Assembly (NCBI GenBank): GCA_050248855.1
Contig: JBFWRP010000021.1
Location: 19,286 to 83,285, forward strand
Source of the DNA: Planctomycetota bacterium
GTDB taxonomy: Bacteria; Planctomycetota; PLA2; JAEUHO01
Direction: 5' to 3'
Length of the DNA: 64,000 nt
Translations under genes and position numbers: made by a program
The notes under the pieces: model-generated
Seen by the model: only the letters and a program-made list of their open reading frames with translations
Database searches by the model: none
Told to the model about the DNA's origin: nothing
Part shown: in pieces, positions 20,395-29,883 of the stretch
Layout: the number at the start of each line of letters is the position of its first letter
How positions within the stretch are numbered: the first letter of the stretch is position 1

Positions 20395-21480
20395 TCACGA
20401 ACCCTCGACCGGCGCTCCATACCGCACCAGGCAATGCCAAAGCAGCTTGATCTCCTGCAGCACGGCCGCGGGCGCGCCCCGATCCGCCCAGGCAGCCGGC
20501 TCGGCGTACAGGTGCCGCGCAGCCCTGCCCAGCGTGGCGGCATCCACCCGGCCGTCGCGGGCGATGCGGCGGGCCAGGGAGGGCATGGCGTCACCCCGGA
20601 AGTCCGTGGGGACGTCGTCGACATCGAGGACGAACCCCGGGGCCCAGGATCGCTGCACGCCGTAGCGGTCGGTGAGCTCCCCGGCGAGCGTGTCGACCTC
20701 GGTTCCCCGGAAGCTCGCGTCCACGACGAGATGGCTGGCATCGCGCGCGAGCGAGACCGTTCCGTGCACCTGGGCCTCGATGTAGTGGTCGAGGTTGCGC
20801 GAGGCAACCCGGCTCCGCTCGCCGGGACGACCACGCAGGCGCCGCCTCATGCTCTCGAGCAGCTGGGGGGGGCGAAGTCCCGAGAGCCCCAAGGCGGTTT
20901 CGCGCTCGAAGCACTCCGCGAACAGGGCCGCGAGCACGTCCTCGAAGGCGTCCAGGGTGCCCCGCTCCGCGGGCTGCCGGAACGAGTCCAGCCACGTGAA
21001 CGTCGCACGAGCACTTGCGTCGGGCCGCAAGACGAGGTACGCCGAGCCGAAGCGCGGTGACGGGCCATCCGCATGGCCGAGCAGGTCGAGCGCGCCGTAC
21101 TTCGGACGTTCATCCGCTCCCACGCCTTCGGCTTGGTAGGCGCCGCCGAACAGCTCCTGCTCCCAGCGGTCGCGATCGCCGCCGGGCGTGGCGCTCACGC
21201 TGCCGCTCGATGTCCCCGTCTCGAACTGGCTCTTGTAGATGCCGCTCGCCACGAGCCCCTCGAGCGCCGTGCGGCCGTCGGCCTGCGGACGGTCGGGATG
21301 GAAGTGGAGCGCCACGCAGGCGTGCTGTCGGATCAGCGCCATCACGTCTTCGAACACACGCACGGGCAGTGCCGACATGCGGCCGACGTGCTCCAGGAGA
21401 CGGCGCGCGGCCGCGGCCCGACTCGAGGCCCGCCTACGGACGTGGTCCAAGGCCGCCGTCTGTGCGGTCGTCAGCTGCAT
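20395..21480 (-). CDS. DUF3626-domain protein
   Basis: LHFHPDR, YKSQFETGTS, ERPKYGAL and YIEAQVHG motifs. Confidence 0.85.
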   Translation of the reverse strand: MQLTTAQTAALDHVRRRASSRAAAARRLLEHVGRMSALPVRVFEDVMALIRQHACVALHFHPDRPQADGRTALEGLVASGIYKSQFETGTSSGSVSATPGGDRDRWEQELFGGAYQAEGVGADERPKYGALDLLGHADGPSPRFGSAYLVLRPDASARATFTWLDSFRQPAERGTLDAFEDVLAALFAECFERETALGLSGLRPPQLLESMRRRLRGRPGERSRVASRNLDHYIEAQVHGTVSLARDASHLVVDASFRGTEVDTLAGELTDRYGVQRSWAPGFVLDVDDVPTDFRGDAMPSLARRIARDGRVDAATLGRAARHLYAEPAAWADRGAPAAVLQEIKLLWHCLVRYGAPVEGS

Positions 21481-21583
21481 CCACCCACGATGACAGGGGA
21501 GTCCGGCCGGGGGAAACCCCCTCCGGCGAGAGCCTCGCCTCGCCCGTAGGCTGGGCTTTTCTGTCCGGGAGAGGGGGCTCGCC

Positions 21584-23308
21584 ATGCGACGCACCTGGGT
21601 TGCCGTCGGGTCCGCACTCGTGGCCCTGCTTGCGATCGGCGGTCCGCGCGTGGCCGGCGAGGACGCGAAGCCGGATCGCGCCGGGCCGATCCGCGACTAC
21701 CTGGATCGATGTGCCGCGCATGGCTGGTCGGGCATGGTCTGCGTCGTCTGGGGCGACGACGTCGTCGTCAGCCACGGTGCGGGGCTCGCTGATCGGGACA
21801 CCGGGCGTGTGCCCACGATGGACACGCGGTTCGAGGTTGCGTCCATCACGAAGGTGTTCACCGCTTGCGCCGTGCTGCGCTTGGTCGAGCAGGAGCGTCT
21901 GCGTCTGGATGACGCCATCGGCAAGCACGTGTCGGACGTGCCCGAAGACAAGTCCGGTATCACCCTGCGGCATCTGCTCGGCCACACGTCGGGCATGCCG
22001 CGCACCGCGGCCGGCGGAGGCCGCACGCCGGCCGAGGCGGCCGCGTCGTTCCTGCGCACACCTCTCGCCTCGAAGCCCGGCGAGCGCGTGCAGTACTGGA
22101 ACGGCGGCTATGCCTTGCTGGCGGCGGTGATCGAGAACACGACGGGCACGACGTTCCAAGAGGCCCTGCGTACGCTCGTGCTCGAGCCGGCCGGCATGAC
22201 GCACAGCGGCTTCACCGGTGACGACCTTGCCATCGACGAGCAAGCCATGGGCTACGACGGCGACGTCGCCGTGCGCTGGGCAAGCCATCACCCGTACCGC
22301 CAGTACGACTACGGATACAAGGGCATGGGCGGCCTGGTGACCTCGGCCCGCGATCTGGTGCAGTTCGCACGTGCGTGGTGGGGCGGGCGCGTGCTGGGCG
22401 AAGCGGCGACACGCGAGATGCTCGGTTCCCCGCGGGACAACCAGGGCCTTGGCTGGGGCGTGCTTTCGTCGTCGCGGGCGACGCCCCGGCTCGTGCACGG
22501 GGGCGACGTCCGCGGCTTCCACTCGGCCTTCGAGATCCTGCCCGCGGAGCGTGGCGCGATCATCGTGCTGGGCAACACCGAGGTCGCTCCCGCCTGGAAG
22601 CTCCAGTGGAACCTCGAGGCCTTGGCCGCCGGCACGACGCCGCGGTACCCGATGCCGCCAGCGCTCGCGACCCTCGCGGAGGACGAGCTCGACGCGCTCG
22701 TGGGGCGCTACGTGCAGGACGGCGGCTCCAAGGCTCTCGCCATCGCCCGCGCCTCAGGCGGCCTGCGTGTGGCCGAGGTGCTGGCGAACGCAGGGGCCAC
22801 CCAGCCCGGGGATCGCGCGGCCGCCCTCGCCGAGACCGCGCGAGCGATCGTCCGGGCGCTCCAGGACGCCGACGAGGAAGCCATCCGGTCGCGCCTCCCC
22901 GACGGCGTGTTCTGGGCGGCGTCATGGCCGGGCCTGCTCGTGGGCAAGCTGTGGCCCGATCAGGTCAAGTCCTTCGGCCCGCTGGCCTCGTCCGAAGTGC
23001 TCGAGATCGCCGCCACGGTGCGCATGGGCCATCGCGCCGTGGTGGCGCTTCGCCACGAGAAGGCCGAGCGCTGGATGAACGTGCAGTTCTCCACGGCGGG
23101 CCGCATCCTGCGGTTGTCGTTCGATCCTCCCGGCGACGGCATCGGTGCTTGCTACCGGCCCGCGCCCGACGGCACCTTCCACACCTTCGACTGGCAGTCG
23201 GACAAGGTCCAGTCCGTGCTTCGGTTCGAGCAGGCTGCGGACGGCTCCCAGCGCGTGACGGTCCAACGGGGGGCGACGACGGTGCCGTACACGCGGCGGG
23301 GGGAGTAG
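21584..23308 (+). CDS. Serine hydrolase (beta-lactamase class C/PBP family) with a C-terminal extension
   Basis: SITK (SxxK), LLGHTSG, YWN and HGG motifs; signal peptide. Confidence 0.92.
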   Translation: MRRTWVAVGSALVALLAIGGPRVAGEDAKPDRAGPIRDYLDRCAAHGWSGMVCVVWGDDVVVSHGAGLADRDTGRVPTMDTRFEVASITKVFTACAVLRLVEQERLRLDDAIGKHVSDVPEDKSGITLRHLLGHTSGMPRTAAGGGRTPAEAAASFLRTPLASKPGERVQYWNGGYALLAAVIENTTGTTFQEALRTLVLEPAGMTHSGFTGDDLAIDEQAMGYDGDVAVRWASHHPYRQYDYGYKGMGGLVTSARDLVQFARAWWGGRVLGEAATREMLGSPRDNQGLGWGVLSSSRATPRLVHGGDVRGFHSAFEILPAERGAIIVLGNTEVAPAWKLQWNLEALAAGTTPRYPMPPALATLAEDELDALVGRYVQDGGSKALAIARASGGLRVAEVLANAGATQPGDRAAALAETARAIVRALQDADEEAIRSRLPDGVFWAASWPGLLVGKLWPDQVKSFGPLASSEVLEIAATVRMGHRAVVALRHEKAERWMNVQFSTAGRILRLSFDPPGDGIGACYRPAPDGTFHTFDWQSDKVQSVLRFEQAADGSQRVTVQRGATTVPYTRRGE

Positions 23309-23313
23309 TCCCG

Positions 23314-24141
23314 TCATCGGACGCCCTCGGGCGACAGCGCGTCCTGAAGGCCCCAGACCGCCACTTCGATCGACTTGGCGAAGTGTGCGAGCGGCGCGTC
23401 CGCAGGGAGGGCGATCCCCGCGGCCTGGGCCATGGTGTTCACGTCGAAGGCGGCTTCGGCGGGCTGCAGCGGCCACGGCGCGTGGTGGATCTCGCCGCGC
23501 AGCAGCGCGCCGCGGCGGCCCACGGTGTAGAGGCAGTAGCGCTCGGTGAGCCAGTGCTCCAGCGTGCCCGGCCGGGCCAGGCGGACGGGACCGGTGGCCG
23601 CGTAGTCCGCGCGCAGCTCGGCAGGCGGTGCGCCGCGGTGCGTTCGCCGGCTTGCGTAGCGGACCGCGTCGCCGACGGTAGCCAGCTGCATGTCGGCATC
23701 GAAGTAGGGGAGGTGGAACCAGCGGCGGGCCGTGCGGACGGCAATGCGACTTGCCGCATCGAGGCTGAAGAACCAGACGCCCGGCTTGGCCCCGGGTCCC
23801 GCGCGGTCCGTGACGTAGGTGCGCACGTTGAGCTCGAGGAAGGCCGAGAGCCCGGGCATGGCAAACGTCCCCCGCGGGTAGACGTCGCGCATGCCGAAGG
23901 GCACGACACCCACCCAGGCCTGGCCTCCGAACGTGTCCACGTGCAGCCCCGGGGGCAACAGCGGACGGAGCACGGCGGGGTCCAGCGGCCAGTGGGCAAA
24001 CAGCAGGTCGTGCCACGTCTGCCGCATGACCCACGGCCGTCGAGGCAGGGGCCAAGGGCGGTGAGCGGTCGCGGCAAGGACGTCGTGCAGGGAGCGGCTC
24101 TCGGGAGTCCAGGGTACGGGCGTGAGGGAGGAAACGTTCAG
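23314..24141 (-). CDS. YqjF/DUF2071-family protein
   Basis: HRPWPLP, MRQTWHDLLFAHW, ELNVRTYV and LTERYCLY motifs; start codon uncertain. Confidence 0.88.
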   Translation of the reverse strand: MNVSSLTPVPWTPESRSLHDVLAATAHRPWPLPRRPWVMRQTWHDLLFAHWPLDPAVLRPLLPPGLHVDTFGGQAWVGVVPFGMRDVYPRGTFAMPGLSAFLELNVRTYVTDRAGPGAKPGVWFFSLDAASRIAVRTARRWFHLPYFDADMQLATVGDAVRYASRRTHRGAPPAELRADYAATGPVRLARPGTLEHWLTERYCLYTVGRRGALLRGEIHHAPWPLQPAEAAFDVNTMAQAAGIALPADAPLAHFAKSIEVAVWGLQDALSPEGVR

Positions 24142-24261
24142 GTCCCTGAACGCTTGGTGCGCTGCGCGGTGGGTGGCGAGTGTCGCTGCGCTAGGTTCCC
24201 GCCACCCCCCTGTTGGACCGCGGCCCGCGCCAAGCGGCCGCCACACGAGAGGATCCACCCC

Positions 24262-24816
24262 ATGAACCTGCAGGGAGATGCGTGGTCGCTTTACGGCCTC
24301 GCCGTGACCATGCTCGATGCGACCACGCTTCCGCAAGGCATCCGCTTGGATGGGGCCTTGAAGATGCTGGACCAGGTCCGGCCGGACGCCGTGCCCGCCG
24401 ACCACCTGTGGGATCGGCACGTCCGGTTGATGCTCGCGGCCCTCCAGCACGAGCTGCATCAGCGCGAGGTCGCCCGCCGCATCGAGCGCGAGCTGCGCTC
24501 CATCCATGCGGCGCTTGCCGGCGGCCAACGCAAGCCGATCGCCTCCGTCGAGTACCTGCTGGCCCCGGACGACCAGGCCGCCAGCCGTCGCGTGCCGGGC
24601 CCCGACGACGGCACCGCAAGGCCTGACCGGGTGGTCCCGCACGTGGGGTCCGAGGGCGCCGGGACGCCCCCCCGAGCGCCGGAGGACGCGCGGGCTCTTT
24701 GGGCTCAGGGACGCCCGGGATCCGGCCGATGTGGGAGCGGCAGGCACCGTCGCTGGGCCGTCTCCCCAGACTCACCCCCTGGGCCTCGCGCAGCCTTCGG
24801 CACTGCCGGGAGCTGA
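24262..24816 (+). CDS. Hypothetical protein, paralog A of a tandem pair
   Basis: The first 100 aa align without gaps to the product of 24823-25158. The C-terminal ~80 aa look like readthrough. Confidence 0.7.
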   Translation: MNLQGDAWSLYGLAVTMLDATTLPQGIRLDGALKMLDQVRPDAVPADHLWDRHVRLMLAALQHELHQREVARRIERELRSIHAALAGGQRKPIASVEYLLAPDDQAASRRVPGPDDGTARPDRVVPHVGSEGAGTPPRAPEDARALWAQGRPGSGRCGSGRHRRWAVSPDSPPGPRAAFGTAGS

Positions 24817-24822
24817 ACTGCC

Positions 24823-25158
24823 ATGCACAACCAGGGGGACGCAAGGACGCTCTACGGACTCGCCGTAGGCATCCTCGACCAGGTCTCGCTCCAGCGCACC
24901 GCCCGACTCGCGGCCGCCATCAAGCTGCTCGACGGGTTGGAGGAGGGCAGCTTCCCCAGCCCCCGGCTGCGGGACCGCCACCTTCGCCTGATGCGCGAGA
25001 CGACGCGGCGCCCCCTTCACCATCCGGCGCAGGCGCGGCGCATCGAGCGCGATCTCCGGCTGGCCTACCAGGCGCTCTGCAGCTCCCCGAGCACGGCTGC
25101 GGTTGCCATGGGTCAGCTCCTCCGCACGACGCAAGCGCCCCAGCCCGCCCGGGCCTGA
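24823..25158 (+). CDS. Hypothetical protein, paralog B of a tandem pair
   Basis: Shares QGDA, LYGLAV, DRHxRLM and ARRIERxLR with paralog A. Confidence 0.75.
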   Translation: MHNQGDARTLYGLAVGILDQVSLQRTARLAAAIKLLDGLEEGSFPSPRLRDRHLRLMRETTRRPLHHPAQARRIERDLRLAYQALCSSPSTAAVAMGQLLRTTQAPQPARA

Positions 25159-25235
25159 GGCTCCGCGCGGGCCCACCGCGGCGCTTGACAGACCGCACGA
25201 CGCAGCGCACACGGGACTCCGTCGGGAGGCATGCC

Positions 25236-25901
25236 GTGAGGATCGTCGTGATCGGTGCGCGCCTCGACGGCCTCGCGTCGTGGGTGGTCGAGAACGCACG
25301 GGAGCACGCGGGCCACGACGTGGTCGGCTTCCTCGACGAGACGCCCGCCCTGCAGGGCACGCGCGTCATGGACCTGCCCGTGCTGGGTCCACCCGCCGCC
25401 GCCGAGCGGGCGGTTGGGGCCGGCGCCGAGGGTGCGCTGTTCGCGATCGGTCACGGTCCTGCACGCGCCCGCATGGCGCCGGGACTCGTGGCGGCCGGGT
25501 TGCAGCTCGTCTCGCTCGTGTGCCCCGGTGCGGTCATCGCCTCGTCGGCCCACGTCGGGGCGGGCGTGATCATCGGCACGAACGCCGTGATCAGCACGGG
25601 GACGCGTGTCGAGGACCTCGCGATCGTGCTGTCGCTCGGCTGCGTGGGTCACCACGCGCAGGTGGGCACGGCCGCGACGCTGTCCGGGGGCGTGCTGCTC
25701 GGCGGGCGTTCCCGGGTCGGGGCGCGCAGCCTCGTGGGTCTTGGCGCGAAGGTGATGTCCGACGTCTGCGTCGGGAGCGACGTCACCATCGGAGCGGGGG
25801 CTCTCGTGACCAAGGACGTCCCGGATGGCATCCGCGTGGCCGGTGTCCCCGCCCGGCCCCTTGACGACCCGCCCGGGCAGAGCAGTCCATCGTTACCGTA
25901 G
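25236..25901 (+). CDS. NeuD/PglD-family sugar O-acetyltransferase
   Basis: IVVIGA, VVGFLD, hexapeptide repeats and AGVPAR; GGAGG RBS before the GTG. Confidence 0.9.
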   Translation: MRIVVIGARLDGLASWVVENAREHAGHDVVGFLDETPALQGTRVMDLPVLGPPAAAERAVGAGAEGALFAIGHGPARARMAPGLVAAGLQLVSLVCPGAVIASSAHVGAGVIIGTNAVISTGTRVEDLAIVLSLGCVGHHAQVGTAATLSGGVLLGGRSRVGARSLVGLGAKVMSDVCVGSDVTIGAGALVTKDVPDGIRVAGVPARPLDDPPGQSSPSLP

Positions 25902-25928
25902 GCGCTTGGTACGGGCCCGCCACCGTAG

Positions 25929-27044
25929 CTAGCGCGGCGCACGCCGTTCGCGCCGCTGGGCGAGCAAGGACCGGGCCTGTCCCCAACGGCCCTTCAAGGC
26001 GTACCGCACGACGCGTCGCCAACGGAAGCGTCGACGTCGCGGCAGCACCACGAACGCGCGGTGGAGCTGCGGCAGGTCGGGCGCAATCGCGGTCGCCGAG
26101 CGCTCCAGCAGCCGGCGGCGGCTTGCATCGAACTCGGTGAGGTTGCCCAGGGGGCACACGAGGTACTGCGCCAGCTCGAACAGCGTGGTCGCGTCGCCGC
26201 GGGGATCGTCCGGAAGGCTGGCCTCCAGGGCCTGGGCCGAGGTGCGCGCACTCGTGACGTCGTCGGCTTGGAGCGCTCGCACGAAGCGGTCGAAGTGGCG
26301 GAACCGCCCGATGCGAAGCGCAAGGCGATCGCGCACGGCCGCGTCCGTCTCCGCGGCCATGCGCTCGGAGAAGCTGGCCTCGGCGCCACGCGCCATCTTG
26401 TCGAGGTACACGACGCCGTCGCGCTGCATGGCCGAGGAGTGCGAGGTGGCGTGGAGTCGATAGGCGCACGTTGCCGACGCGATCCTAACGAGCGGCGCAC
26501 GCAGCCCGAGCCGCAGGTACACCTGCCAGTCGGGCGCAGGATCCGGCAACCAACCGCCGGCGTCCGTCAGGGCTTGCCGGTCGAACAGCACGGCCGAGGG
26601 CGAGATGATGGGACACGCCCAGGGCCAGTCGTCCCACGGCGCGAGGGGCTCGTCGGGCCCCACGACGATCTCGTGCCGCGCGGGCTCGCCCGCTCGGAAG
26701 CGGAGGACCCGCGCGGCCGCGGCCGGGGCGTTCGGCTCGCGATCCAGGGCTTGCGACAAGAGCTCGAGGTGGCGCGGGTGCCAGACGTCGTCTTGGTCGA
26801 GAAACGCCACCCGCGGCGTGGTCGTGGCCAGCAGCCCCGTCTGGCGCGTCCGCAGCTTGCCCGCGCTCGGGATCAGCCGGACCCGGTCGCCCAGCGCATG
26901 GACGCGATCGGGCCCGTCGTCGGTCGAGCCGTCGTCGACGACGATGACCTGCCCCAGGCGAGGCCCCTGCGCGAAGACGCTGGCGAGCGTCTCCTCGATC
27001 CAGCGACCGCCCTGGTACAGCGGGATGACGACATCGATCGACAC
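25929..27044 (-). CDS. Glycosyltransferase family 2
   Basis: VVIPLY, VVDDGSTD and FLDQDD motifs. Confidence 0.92.
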   Translation of the reverse strand: MSIDVVIPLYQGGRWIEETLASVFAQGPRLGQVIVVDDGSTDDGPDRVHALGDRVRLIPSAGKLRTRQTGLLATTTPRVAFLDQDDVWHPRHLELLSQALDREPNAPAAAARVLRFRAGEPARHEIVVGPDEPLAPWDDWPWACPIISPSAVLFDRQALTDAGGWLPDPAPDWQVYLRLGLRAPLVRIASATCAYRLHATSHSSAMQRDGVVYLDKMARGAEASFSERMAAETDAAVRDRLALRIGRFRHFDRFVRALQADDVTSARTSAQALEASLPDDPRGDATTLFELAQYLVCPLGNLTEFDASRRRLLERSATAIAPDLPQLHRAFVVLPRRRRFRWRRVVRYALKGRWGQARSLLAQRRERRAPR

Positions 27045-27071
27045 GTGCGCGGGATCCCTCGACGACCTGGG

Positions 27072-28115
27072 TCAGTCGTCCTTCTGCGCACCTGCGTCGT
27101 CCTCGCCCTCGGAGTCCGGCAGCACGATTCCACGGGAGCCGCGGAGGATGCGGGCGGTCAGGAGCACGACGATCTCGTCCTCCGAGCGGGCCTCCTCGCG
27201 GCCCCGTGTCACGGGCGCGAGTCCCGGGCTCGTGGGGGGTGGCACCGGATCGCCTTCGTCCTCCAGGTGGCGCCGCTCCCCGATGCCGCTGATGACGACC
27301 GTCTCGCCGTCGGCCACCGTCACGGTGGTCTTGACGCGGTGGTCCTTGCTCATCTCCACCGGGTCCGCGGACATGAGCGGCGAATTGGGCTCCACGTCGA
27401 CGAGCCCGACCATGATCTCCAACGTCGTATACGACTCGCCGATGTGCAGGGCCTTGACGCGCAAGTCCGTGGTGGTTCGGGTGGTCGAGCTGATGCGGTT
27501 CGCGCCACCCTGGTTGGCCGACTGGATCGTGAGGACGGGGCGCACGGCGCCCAGCGTGATCTCGGCCGAGCCACCCGCCGTGACCATGACGGAGGGAGTC
27601 GCCACCGTCTCTACCTGGCCGCGACGTTCGATCTCGTCCGGGTCGTCGTCCTCGTCGCCCTCCTCCTTGTCGCCCTCGTCCTTGTCGTCCGCCTCGTCTC
27701 CGTCGTCATCGTCCGCGTCGTCGGGAGCCTCCTCGTGCCAGTGCTTCTTGCGGACGATCTTCGCCTCGACGAACACCTGCGGCGCGGCGATGTCGAGATA
27801 GGCAAGCACGTCGAGCACCAGCTCCACGGCTTCGGGAGGGCCGTCGAGCACCAGACGGTCGCGCCGCGGGATCAAGCGCAGGTTCACGTCCTTCGGGCCC
27901 AGGGTCTCCCGGAGCTCGCGAACCAGCTCCTCGGGCGTGGAGAAGTTCGGCCGGTAGAAGTACAGGACCGTGCCATCCGCGCGGGCGATCAGGCTTTCGT
28001 GGGGGAACTCGAGCGGCGGCGCGGGCTCGTCGGGCTTCTCGTCCTCGGCCCACGTCGAGGAGGCTGGGAAGAGACCGAGAGCGAGTGCGAGCAGCGCGAG
28101 TCCGATGCGTGACAT
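27072..28115 (-). CDS. Minimal secretin-like protein (one N domain plus secretin beta domain with an acidic insert)
   Basis: Signal peptide, LVLDGPPEAV...LDIAAPQVFVEAKIV, ATPSVMVTAGGSAEITLG, TTVTVADGETVVISG and IVVLLTARIL. Confidence 0.75.
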   Translation of the reverse strand: MSRIGLALLALALGLFPASSTWAEDEKPDEPAPPLEFPHESLIARADGTVLYFYRPNFSTPEELVRELRETLGPKDVNLRLIPRRDRLVLDGPPEAVELVLDVLAYLDIAAPQVFVEAKIVRKKHWHEEAPDDADDDDGDEADDKDEGDKEEGDEDDDPDEIERRGQVETVATPSVMVTAGGSAEITLGAVRPVLTIQSANQGGANRISSTTRTTTDLRVKALHIGESYTTLEIMVGLVDVEPNSPLMSADPVEMSKDHRVKTTVTVADGETVVISGIGERRHLEDEGDPVPPPTSPGLAPVTRGREEARSEDEIVVLLTARILRGSRGIVLPDSEGEDDAGAQKDD

Positions 28116-28219
28116 GACGAGTCCCCGGGTGCCTTCACCTCGGAGGATGCCCGAGCGGCCGGTGCGCGTCGAGGGGGGAGCAGGAAGGCGGACTCGGCGC
28201 CGCCGCGCCCCTCGTGGTC

Positions 28220-28378
28220 GCCGGCAGATGCGCCCGTGGACGTAGCGGCGGAGGCCGTCGGCGTCGTAGACGGCGTTGGAGAGCAACACGACGTACGTCC
28301 GGGTGTCGGGATCGAGCCACATCGAGCAGCCGCTGGCCCCGGTGTGCCCGAAGCTGCGCGGCCCGTCGCCCGCTGACG
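28220..28378 (-). pseudogene. C-terminal remnant of a serine hydrolase (beta-lactamase family)
   Basis: Translates PRSFGHTGASGCSMWLDPDTRTYVVLLSNAV with no upstream SxxK region. Confidence 0.65.
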
Positions 28379-28379
28379 G

Positions 28380-29723
28380 TCAGCGCGCCGGCGGCTCGTA
28401 GGGAACGACTCCCTTGGGAAAGCCGTCGCGCAGGAGCGCTTCCGCGCGCCGGATCTGGGAGTCCGTGCCGGCGAGCAGCTCCTTGGCGTCGTAGACCACG
28501 ACCTCGTTCGGCGGCACACCCAGGCCCTCGATGCCCTTGCCCCCGTTGAAGCGCCCCTTGTTGCTGGACACCGAGACGCGGACGGCGAGCTTGCCGCTGG
28601 GCACCTCGAGGATCTCCTTCTGCGACGACATGCCTGCGGTCGGCTCGGGGCCGATCAAGTAGGCCCGCCCGTCCTCCTTGAACATGCCCGCGACGGTCTC
28701 GCCGGCGCTGCGTACGCCGGCATCCACGATCACCACCAGCGGCCCCGTGAAGGGATGCGCACCTTGCCCCGTGTACTGCCGCCAGCGCGTACCGCTGGCC
28801 AGGAAGCGCCCGAAGACGGCCTCGTGGTCGCAACCGCCTCCGCCGTTGGCGCGCATGTCCAGGACGAGGCCCGGCACGTCGCCGAGGGCGCCCAGCATCT
28901 CGTCCAGCTGCTGGGGCAGCTTGTCGGGCACGTCGCGAAGGTGGATGTAGCCGTAGCCGGAGGCCGTCTTCCCGTATGACTGGCGACCGACCTGCTTCAG
29001 GTCGGCGGGCGGGCACGCCGGACCCGAGGGCGCGAAGTTGGGCCCGCCGCGCCGCGTGATCGTGACCTTCTTGCGGTCGCTTCCCTCGCGCAGCTCGAAG
29101 CGGATGGGCGTGCCCTCCCACGTGGCCAGCCCCCAATGGCAGGCAGCGTGCAGGGCGGCGTGGCGCGTGGAGTAGCCGTTCTTGTCGGCCAGCTCGTCGG
29201 CCTTCTTCTCGACCCAGGTGCGCGCGGGCACGTCGTCGATCTCGACGACCTGCATGCCGACCTTGACCCCCGCCTCCGCGGCTTCGCCGAATGCTTCGCC
29301 GACGAGCACCTCGTCGCCCGCCAGCACCAGGTGCACGCGTGGCCCCGTGAAGCGTCGCCCCTTGGCCTCGGCCTCGTTGGCGGCCCCAAGCGTCGCTTCG
29401 AGGTCCGGGGCCAGCTTGACGATGCCGGCGTGGCCGTCCTGGAGCCGTGCAAGGATGCGCTCGACGAGGCGGACGTACTCGACGGGGTCCCTCAGCTTCT
29501 TGGCCTCGCGCGCCAGCGACTTGGTGGCCTTCTTCCAGTCGATGTCCTTGTCCCGCAAGAGATCGCGCGCCTTCTTGGGCAGCTCCTCCAGGAGGAACTG
29601 CACGTCCTCGCGCAGCACGTCGGCCTCGCCGCGTGCGGCAGCCGGGCGGGCGGGGCCCGCACCCACGGCGACGGCCAGGACGAACACGGCCCTTCGCAGC
29701 GCCTTCACGTCCATGCGCCCCAT
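28380..29723 (-). CDS. S41-family peptidase (tail-specific protease-like)
   Basis: LQDGHA, PDZ-like segment, GYIHL, LVLDMRANGGG, SAGE and IEGLGVPP motifs. Confidence 0.92.
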   Translation of the reverse strand: MGRMDVKALRRAVFVLAVAVGAGPARPAAARGEADVLREDVQFLLEELPKKARDLLRDKDIDWKKATKSLAREAKKLRDPVEYVRLVERILARLQDGHAGIVKLAPDLEATLGAANEAEAKGRRFTGPRVHLVLAGDEVLVGEAFGEAAEAGVKVGMQVVEIDDVPARTWVEKKADELADKNGYSTRHAALHAACHWGLATWEGTPIRFELREGSDRKKVTITRRGGPNFAPSGPACPPADLKQVGRQSYGKTASGYGYIHLRDVPDKLPQQLDEMLGALGDVPGLVLDMRANGGGGCDHEAVFGRFLASGTRWRQYTGQGAHPFTGPLVVIVDAGVRSAGETVAGMFKEDGRAYLIGPEPTAGMSSQKEILEVPSGKLAVRVSVSSNKGRFNGGKGIEGLGVPPNEVVVYDAKELLAGTDSQIRRAEALLRDGFPKGVVPYEPPAR

Positions 29724-29883
29724 GTCGAGCCCTCCTCGTCGCGCGTGGTGGGCTGTCAGTGTGCCACGGTGTCGGACTACGCGGGGGCGGACATGCCAGG
29801 CAGCCTGGCAGGGCCGGACTCGGTAGACTCATGCGCGGAGGGCGCCGGGTCGGCCGTGGGGCGCTGCCTCCGAGGAGCCCCTC

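Noticed and set aside
21584..23308. Antibiotic-resistance calls (beta-lactamase; also APH at 9551 and erythromycin esterase at 41693)
   Set aside because: The motifs show only superfamily membership. Most members of these families are not resistance enzymes.
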